This document shows, one piece after another, positions 54,719 to 64,000 of a stretch of 64,000 nt of DNA (positions are counted from its first letter, which is position 1; each line of letters starts with the position of its first letter). Source of the DNA: Eledone cirrhosa (taxonomy: Eukaryota); assembly GCA_964016885.1 (NCBI GenBank), contig OZ024740.1:231632001-231696000 (forward strand), read 5' to 3'. The translations under genes were made by a program, and so were the position numbers. The notes under the pieces were generated by a model that saw only the letters and a list, made by a program, of their open reading frames with translations, did no database searches and had not been told where the DNA came from.

Positions 54719-54722
<4 letters not shown>
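54652..54722 (-). ncRNA. Canonical type I hammerhead ribozyme
   Basis: TTTTAT-CTGATGA-AAACACAAATATTATTG CA TGATGATGTTTGTTTTT-GAAA-TGCGCA-TA-ATAAAA. All core nucleotides are present and all three stems pair. Confidence 0.85.
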
Positions 54723-54772
<50 letters not shown>

Positions 54773-54789
54773 TAGATAAAAATATGTAT

Positions 54790-55530
54790 ATACGGAAAGT
54801 GGTATTGCTTTGGAAGCCGATATAATGCTGGTGGAGTTGTAAATAATAAGGCAACAGAAACGGGTGAAGAAACCGAGACATAAGATTGATTGGAGGAGAG
54901 GAAGAAAAAAGAAGCAAAAAGGAATAGAACCAGAGACAACGTTATCTTTGAAATATTTATTATCCCCTATATTTTGGATGTACCATCCATTATCAAGAGG
55001 ACCGAAGGAATTCTCTGGATGACGCAGAGGATCTTTCTATACCTCTGTGTGGTGAGTGCTGGAGGTTTTTTAGGCTATTATTGATACCAATCCACGGTGG
55101 TTACAGTTATTTTCTGTGTTTGAGATTTTCACATTTTATACGAAATGTAATCTATTGCGCTCTCGGATAGTTTATTTTCTAAATGGTTTACATCCATGCC
55201 GTTCGTTTAACTTTCTATTTTAGACGGAAGTTGTTGTCAGGGGTTGGTTAGCTCAATGGCTTAGAGCGCCCAGAAGGAATTTCAGTGGGAAATCCTCGGA
55301 GAAATCGGTGAGTGTCTTCTCTAGATAATGGAGGGTACATCCGAAATATTGGGGCTAATATTTTGAGAGGTAACAATCAGTCTTTGTTATCATTTTATTT
55401 TCTTCTTTCTCCTACTCGTTACGTTCTACCTTACGTCTCTCAATTCTCTTTCGACTTTGTTGCTTTGGTAATTAAAATGCACCTGCTTCGCAACGCCTTT
55501 CTGAACGTATCCCCTTTTCCATTTCCTATT
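54790..55530. repeat. Old, diverged fold-back element with U3-A8 hammerhead-like motifs in both arms
   Basis: 54941-54999 and 55318-55374 are inverted. Motifs are TTGATAA-T-GGAT GGTAC ATCC-AAAA (minus) and TAGATAA-T-GGA..TCC-GAAA-TAT (plus). Confidence 0.65.
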
Positions 55531-55559
55531 CCATATTTCTTAAAGTAACCTACAACACC

Positions 55560-55620
<61 letters not shown>

Positions 55621-56587
55621 TTACATGTCAGGTCACTCTTGAGGGCTACTGGTAGCATGTAACCCAGTACAACCTGTTGCATGGTCGGGTTGTCGATGAC
55701 TAAGCCGGCAACCCCACCAAGTTTACTAGGTGAGGAGGGTGATTTTGGACACCCTGCAGGACAAAAAAGAAAACCTGACAAAGGGCGGAAGGACTCATAA
55801 GAGTCAACGGCCATCTAAAAAAAAAGAAAAAAATCCTGCCAAATCAATGGGTGGCAGTAGTTCCAGCTGCACGCATCGAAAGACTGGTGTAGTGGTGCTG
55901 AGAACAATGCGGCTTTGCAGATGATCAATGCAAATTGACTATGGAAAGGCGCTCCCGCTCTAGTTACAAGAGAACTATTGACCTTCAGGAGAAGCAGCGA
56001 CCCCTTATTGTATTCAGCAGCCGAAACAAATACGAAGTACACCAAATCCAATACTCCTAGGGGCGGCCCTGGTTCTTCTTATTTGAGAGTCTAAACTCGG
56101 CGAGATTAGAGATAATATATATATATATATTTTTTTTCGCTAATATAGAGGTTATCTCCCTTGCTGGGCACCATGTGCGTGTCTGGCTAAAGGTCACTTC
56201 TTTATTATCGGACGGAACCCGTTGATAAAGCTCTTCCGGTCCAGTCCTTCTCTAGAAGTCTTATATATTTTTTATGTGGGCTGATAGTGAACGGATTAAG
56301 GAATTGCAGAAACCCAAGAAGCTAGATTTAACACCCTTCTAGCGGGTCCGGGTAAGTTTTTTACATTCATTTAAATTATTGATTTATTGATATTTTATTT
56401 GAGTGACCCGAATATTCCTGGTCGTTCTTTTTCGGCTGCACGGGTGATTTTAGGCATAATCTCTATGTGTTGGTATTTTAACGATAGTTATAGCTCTGAT
56501 TTATCCAAATTATTGAGCCCTCTGCCACTCATATCGGATATTGTTTATCGTTAATTCGTGAGCTGATTTTCCGATACTCGATTATTC

Positions 56588-56660
<73 letters not shown>

Positions 56661-56971
56661 CACAATTGTAACACAATATTGCCCAAATTGCATCTCAACC
56701 TAATGGGAGATTATTAAATATAAAGATTTACATATACACAAACTAAACAAAGTCACAGATATATATGTTTTGGCAACCATTCACGATGTGGCTCAATGAT
56801 GAATTTGCTGAGATTGCTGAGATTGCTGTCGTTTATTTATCTTATATTTCTTCATAGGTGCCTTTTAATCTTATAGCCTGGCCTAATTGATTTTTTATGT
56901 GGTTGATTATGCTAATTGGGAGAGGAAATGGTGTATATATATTATCAAATGATTCTATGGACATACTTTAT

Positions 56972-57189
56972 AATATATATAAATATATATATATATATAT
57001 ATGTATAAATATATAAATATGTATAAATAAATAAATAAATATATACAATAACAACAAACACATATAAACACACACTAGTAAACAAAGATAGAATACAAAA
57101 ACAAAAACACATACATTCAAACGCGAGCACACACACCAAACATTATACACACACGCAAACGCATGCACAGAGACGGGGACAAGAGGAAA

Positions 57190-57220
<31 letters not shown>

Positions 57221-57559
57221 AATAAAAATGGCGTAGACATACAATACAACAGGAGGAAACATAATAGTACCACTGATGGTGTTACAGATGTGCAACGAAA
57301 CATCTTTGATAGACTATATATATATATTTATATCTGTATTTTTAACCGTTGGTCAATCAATGATAAACATTGATTGCCAAATAAATTAACTATGGAGTTT
57401 TTGCTTCTGTATCTTTTCATTGATTGACCAACGGTTAAAAATACAGATATAAATAGATATATATAGTCTTCCAAAGCTCTTTCGTTGCACATCTGCAACA
57501 CCATCAGTAGTACTATTATGTTTCCTCCTATTGTATTGTATGTCTACGCCATTTTTATT

Positions 57560-57602
<43 letters not shown>

Positions 57603-57835
57603 TTTCCTGTTGTTTCTGTCTCTATGCATGCGTTTGTGTGTGTGTATAATGTTTGGTGTGTGTGTTCGCGTTTGAGTGTATGTGTTTTTGTTGTTGTATT
57701 CTATCTTTGTTTACTAGTGTGTTTATATGTGTTTGTTGTTATTGTATATATGTATTTATTTATTTATACATATTTATATATTTATATATACATATTTATA
57801 TATTTATACATATATATATATTTATACATATATAT
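56972..57835. repeat. Fold-back element (arms about 390-420 bp, spacer about 57364-57416) with a hammerhead-like motif in each arm; a single-arm relative lies at about 43355-43860 and a terminal piece at 32512-32605
   Basis: The arms are reverse complements. CTGATGG-TGTTRCA GATG TGCAAC-GAAA at 57273 (+) and 57507 (-); the relative has CTGACGA at 43599-43605 (-). Confidence 0.85.
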
Positions 57836-57986
57836 ACATTTAAGTAGCAGCCGTACTAAGAGTGAGAAATGAAATTTCATTTTTTCCATTTATCGTTTTC
57901 GGTACGCCCGGCCGACTAACTCACTCGATATGCAAATTAGGCTGCTCAGCCGTTAATATGCATAAGGAAAGTATATACTTTCAAAC

Positions 57987-58073
57987 GTTCAATAGACTGA
58001 CAAGAAGGTACACTGTGCTGATGACAGCTAATAAGCTAGAAACTAGTTCATCGTTCCTTTGTCAGTGTTGAAC
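57987..58073 (+). ncRNA. Type I hammerhead ribozyme with extended stem I
   Basis: gtg-CTGATGA(58018)-CAGCT AATA AGCTA-GAAA-CTAG-TT-cat. The flanks gttcaa..ctgacaa..agg and cct ttgtcag..ttgaac pair. Confidence 0.75.
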
Positions 58074-58580
58074 AAAAGGGCAACGATGGTTGCCGATCAC
58101 TGTACGGCTTAATTCGGGCTGTTTGTTTACAAACAAACCGAACATTATAATAAATGTTCGGTAAACCAATACGTACATATATATATATATATGTGTGCAT
58201 GTATGTATGAATATACATACTACTGTACGTCTGTATACATATATGTATGTACGTATACATACTTAAATTTAAGTATCAGCCGTACTAAGAGTGAGAAATG
58301 AAATTTCATTTTTTCCATCCATATTTATATATATATATAATATATATGTATATATTTCATCTATAAACATCGTTAATATATATATTTTATATATATATAT
58401 ATATATGTGTGTGTATGCATATATATATATATATATATATACATGTGTGTATGTTTGTGCGTGTGCGTGTAAGTGTATGTGTGTATGTGTCTATATAGCT
58501 TCCTGAATGTTTCGATAGTACGGATATATATGTAGTTGAAATATATATATATATTTCAACTTCAAACGTCGTTAATCCAT

Positions 58581-58621
58581 AATAAACGTTTCTAGATCAT
58601 TAAAGTTTCATCATCAGTATC
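58581..58621 (-). ncRNA. Minimal hammerhead motif with eroded stem II
   Basis: gata-CTGATGA-tgaaactttaatgatcta-GAAA-CG-TT-tatt. Confidence 0.55.
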
Positions 58622-58757
58622 TAGAATGTTGATCACTGTTTTAGTGCTCCTTTCATTGTCGTAAAATGTACTTTATGAGATTTTCTTTGGCAGCATTTGT
58701 ATTGGCTTTCTCACCGTAATTTGAAATGTGACGCCTGATCGATTTTATGACGTGTGT

Positions 58758-58927
58758 ATGAGGGTCGGCTGAAAAGTTCATAGGTTGATTATGAAGGAAT
58801 GGAGCTAGAGCTGTGAAAACTTGCGTGCATTAATGTTAATTCTTATTAATAACTGTATTGTTTCATTTCAGGGACTTGAAAAATAAACCTCATTCCATGA
58901 AAATATATTGGTCAGCTTATGAACTTA
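58758..58927 (+). mobile_element. Mariner-derived MITE; a second copy in the opposite orientation lies at about 49088-49273
   Basis: tatgagggtcggctgaaaagttcatagg...ggtcagcttatgaactt. The 49 kb copy shares the termini and the ttattaataa core. Confidence 0.6.
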
Positions 58928-59819
58928 GTGTTTTGGTGATTATCTTACCATATGGCAAATAAAGGAATCTATCTTACCATTGTATTGTCATATAAGCTCC
59001 ACCTTCGTAATTAATTGGCTATCTTTGCAGGGAATTCTGTATAGTATGGATAGTATATTGTCGGTTGTTTTTTCCTATCGAGCATTGTTTTGTGCCGTGT
59101 AGTGAAGTGTGTTACAATTGTGTCTTTTTGTAAATACAATGTAAGCCTCTACTAAATTGCTGTATCGTATGGGCAAATCAAGAACTGGCATCATGAAGGT
59201 TACAATATTTATTTTCGCAATCGAATTCCAGAATCACAAGGCTCATTTATATATTGTTCATGAGGTTACAAGCTTGTCGTTTTGTTGTTGAAAATGTTGT
59301 TGATGTTAGAATTTTTGTAGTGTAAAGCCAATTTTTGGTTTGGTGTGATGTATTTTCTGTTTCGTTTCATGTGTTCCTATATTCAATTGTGTGTTTGCAT
59401 TTTATATTATAATACACTTTGTGAAATTTCTGTATGCTTTTTTTAAAGTAAACGTTAAACGAATTGATGTAATATGACAGCTTCAAAGATTAAAGAACAA
59501 AAGTATGCATAGAAATGTGTTACGAATCCTTCAAGAGCCACTCTTTGAATCACAAATACATTATTAAATTCACAAATAAAAAATATTACAAAACTCTGTT
59601 ACACTATGCGGAGCAGCAAAAAGAGAAATGCTTGTTTAATAATTAAGTAGTTCATTTCACCCTACATTAACAAATAGTTTAATCAACAAACTTCCTACGC
59701 CCTCTCTAGTAAAATATTAACTAAAATACCAAACCTTCTATACAGTAAATCCGATTTAATGCTGGAATGCAATTATGAGAATAAATTTTAACTAATTATA
59801 CGAAAACACGTAAATCAAG

Positions 59820-59940
<121 letters not shown>

Positions 59941-59986
59941 AAAAATGACGTGCTGCGTTGTTGCGAATATGAACATATGAATAAAA

Positions 59987-60708
<722 letters not shown>

Positions 60709-60736
60709 ATATATATATATATACATATTTATATAT

Positions 60737-60815
<79 letters not shown>

Positions 60816-61027
60816 ATGTGTCAACATGAATGGACCTGTTATTTTTATCTAAAGACATTTGTTCCAATTCCAACCCGCCCGTCCCCTCAATCTATCTTAT
60901 TTCTCATTCTTTCTTCTAATGAAGGCCTAGCGTCCTAAACGTTAAACCCTCTTCTTGCTATGTCAAGCGTTAACCTAATATAAACTTTCCATATACTGTA
61001 CCGATTGTGTTGTTATTTCTGTTTACC

Positions 61028-61099
<72 letters not shown>

Positions 61100-61140
61100 G
61101 ATCAGCATCAGCATCATTATCATCGTTTAACGTCCATCTT

Positions 61141-61198
<58 letters not shown>

Positions 61199-61272
61199 AT
61201 AATAATAAAATTGATGACTAAAATCCAAAGAGGGCTTGATAAGGAAAATATATATCAAATATATAAGAACCG

Positions 61273-62156
61273 TAGAGGTGTGTCAGAAAAGTTCCAGGAC
61301 AGATGTCACAAAAGATTTATTTCAAACCCAAACTTCACACTAAGAGTTTTCTCCTTCAAAGTAATCCCCCTGGAGTATGTAACTGTAATCTTAGCTCTCT
61401 GCAGCGATCAAACTTTTTTCTTCATAATTTTATATACATGTCCTCTGTTTCAGGTCATCAAGCAACGAACACAGAGCAACGAAAAAACTTGAAAACTCCG
61501 TCAGAAGCACTGGGATTGCGGCAGCAAGTGTATAGAGATGAGACGATGTCACGCTCACGTGATTTTGAGTGGTGCAAGAGGTTTAAAGAAGGAAGCGAGG
61601 ACGTGGAAGATCACCCCAGGAGTGGAAGGCCCTCAACACCAGGACTGAGGTAAACGTTGAGCGCGTTAGGCAGATGGTGCGTAGCGATCGTCGGCTGACT
61701 GTTCGACTGATGGCAAATGAGCTGGGCATGAATAGGGACAACGTCTGGAAGATTCTCACTGAAGATTTGGACATGCGGAAAGTCTGCGCGAAGATGGTGC
61801 CAAAACTGCTGAACGATGACCAGAAGGGTCGACGCATGCAAGTGTGCCAGGACATCCTCGAGCGTCTTGAAACCGAACCAGACTAGCTAGGGACAGTCAT
61901 CACCGGTGATGAGTCATGGATCTTCGAGTACGACCCGGAGGGGACCCGTTTTGAAGACATGGACGACATCAAAAAGGCCGTGACGACGGAACTGCGGAGG
62001 ATCCCGGAAGAATCCTTCTAGGAGTGCATGCAAGGGTGGCAGAAAAGGATGGAAAGTGCATTAGACTCCAGGGGGATTACGTTGAAGGAGAAACCTCTTA
62101 GTGTGAAGTTTGGGTTTGAAATAAATCTTTTGTGACATCAGTCCTGGAACTTTTCT
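61273..62156 (+). mobile_element. Internally deleted mariner transposon with long (~90 bp) TIRs
   Basis: FEWCKRFKEG..DHPRSGRPST, RKVCAKMVPKLL and VITGDESWIFEYDPE join at about 61940 directly to GTRFEDMDDIK...GDYVEG. TIRs at 61285-61374 and 62066-62156. Confidence 0.92.
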
Positions 62157-62159
62157 TAT

Positions 62160-63060
62160 GGGTGACTAGATAGGTTTAGAGCTAATACAGGGAAAGGTGC
62201 ACAGGAGCTAATACAGGAATGGAGAATGGGAGAGGAGTAAGGAGTAAAGGAAGCCATGTTGGCTGGCTTTCTGGAAGTATGTTAGTAAGATTTTGTAAAT
62301 ATTAAAACGTTTTTAGAAGCTGGTGGTTTCTAAAGGGAGGTGAAAGATGTTAAGGGATCGTGTTTGTGGTCTGTGTATGAGATGCCTGATAGTGGGGAAC
62401 TTGTTAGTCCAGATGTTTCCAGGTTTTAGGATATATTTGGACATGTGTGTGCAGCGATTTAAAGAATTTAGTCTCGTATTTAGACAGTCGTTAGTGTGAA
62501 GTAGCTTTTTTGAGATGTTCCTTCTTTTGTTTATGCACAAATTTACTCGATTTAAATAAGGTCTAGATCTTTCAAGAAAACTCATTTTAATGTAGGAATC
62601 CATGCCGCTGTCTTTGAAAGTCAACGTAATAGTTTCGTAATAGATCTCTTATCTGAGTGTATAAAGATCGTTTAATGGATAAGGATCACATTCTCACATA
62701 TCTCATCCTATTGCTGCTTCATACACTAAGGTACGTATGTTGCACATTTGGTCAAGATGTTAAGCTTTCTACAAGAGAAGCCTGGTGGTTGTGAGTTCCT
62801 GGGTTTGCTGGTGATGTTGGATGTTATACTTCTTACACAAAAATAGCCGATTTTCACTGTATATCGGTTAAATATTTGTCTAAACTTATGACCTATAGGG
62901 AACAATGTCCATCTATGAAGGTTAAACATTTCTTCCCTACGTTTGTCTTAACATTAAGGAAGAAGAGGAATGTAAAACATACGATTTTCCTACATCTGCT
63001 TTTTTTTTAAATTCTAGATCGTTGTTCAGCGGAATACGGAAGTTTCTCTGTAAGGCCACT
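62160..63060 (-). mobile_element. Degenerate Penelope-like element fragment (linker + GIY-YIG C-terminus + UTR)
   Basis: RCRKIV.F....LNVKTNVGK, FPIGHKFRQIFNRYTVKIGY and NLCI...LNTRLNSLNRCTHMSK. Confidence 0.75.
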
Positions 63061-63684
63061 TCACGAAATAACTGACTTATGAAAACATTTTACTGTCAAG
63101 GAATTAGCATAAAGCTCGATAGAAATCCTAGATAACTCCGTAAAAGAACAAAATGATGAAACAACTCCGAAAACAAAACAACAAAATTGAAGCAATGAAA
63201 CATCCACACCCCAATAAACAACAACACACATTTCTCACCACAAAACAATAAATAAGAACGAGCTTCCGTCAATTTAAAAAACTTGGCACCGACATGAAGA
63301 ATAAAAGTTCCTGCTTTGCAATTGAACCGGCATGAAACTCGGGTTGTAAGAACAAGAAATTCAGTTCTTATACACGCTACAACATTGGATGTTCTTTTCC
63401 AATGATATTCTAGAGCATTTGAATCTCCTCTCTCTCTCTCTCTCTTCCTAAGTATATATATATGTATGAAGGCGTGTGGCTGAGTGGTTAGAGAATTGTA
63501 TTCGCAATCGTAAGGTTGTGAGTTCGATTCCTGGACCAGGCGATGCGTTATGTCCTTGAGCAAGACACTTTATTTCACGTTGCTCCTTCTACCTGGAGTT
63601 GCGACCGATAGATAGTATTAGCAATTGGAAAGACCAACAGAAACATTGTTCCCTCGGTCCGATTTGACAAAAAAGTCGATCGTT

Positions 63685-63734
<50 letters not shown>

Positions 63735-63736
63735 TA

Positions 63737-63952
63737 TATATATGTATAGAAATTTCGTATTACTAAAGGAACATGGTTTTAGGAAGCCGTTGCTATACAA
63801 ACACCGGGGCTAACGCCCTCTGGTGGTGTCCAGAAATGCATAGACGGTTGCCCCCCCTTGCTTCTGGTGGAGACCACCAGAGGGCGTTAGCCCCGGTTTT
63901 TGCATAGCTACGGCTTCCTAAAACCATGTTTCTTTAGTAATACGAAATGTCT

Positions 63953-63960
<8 letters not shown>
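63737..63960. repeat. TA-flanked palindromic MITE-like element (arms about 90 bp)
   Basis: atttcgtattactaaag...gggctaacgccctctggtggt / accaccagagggcgttagcccc...ctttagtaatacgaaat. Confidence 0.88.
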
Positions 63961-63992
<32 letters not shown>

Positions 63993-64000
63993 AAGGCGGG

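Noticed and set aside
55625-55930. GC-richer structured segment resembling a LINE 5' UTR with an HDV-like ribozyme
   Set aside because: Hairpins are visible (gggttgtcg/cggcaaccc), but I could not build the nested double pseudoknot; this needs a descriptor search.

Overview
This is AT-rich, microsatellite-saturated animal DNA; the SINE and LINE content suggests a coleoid cephalopod such as Octopus (inference, not a database result). It is not prokaryotic, has no CRISPR array, and most supplied ORFs are translations of (TA)n, (CA)n or (GA)n tracts. The only clear host coding sequence is one 144-bp calmodulin-like exon (26754-26897, minus), plus a few weak exon and promoter candidates with RFX X-boxes. 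The rest is mobile DNA: about 30 copies of one tRNA-derived SINE, a second modular SINE superfamily, nine L1/Tx1 pieces, RTE and Dong/R4 relics, two internally deleted mariners, hAT and pogo MITEs, Helitron ends and Penelope-like elements (PLEs). Two patterns stand out. First, more than 15 type I hammerhead ribozyme motifs from several unrelated families (palindromic stem III, some with the compensatory U3-A8 core) sit mostly in fold-back elements embedded in (TA)n, two of them tied to a GIY-YIG PLE. Second, every Tx1 copy lies in a (GATA)n tract in a fixed orientation. All motifs and coordinates were read by eye, so element boundaries are approximate.
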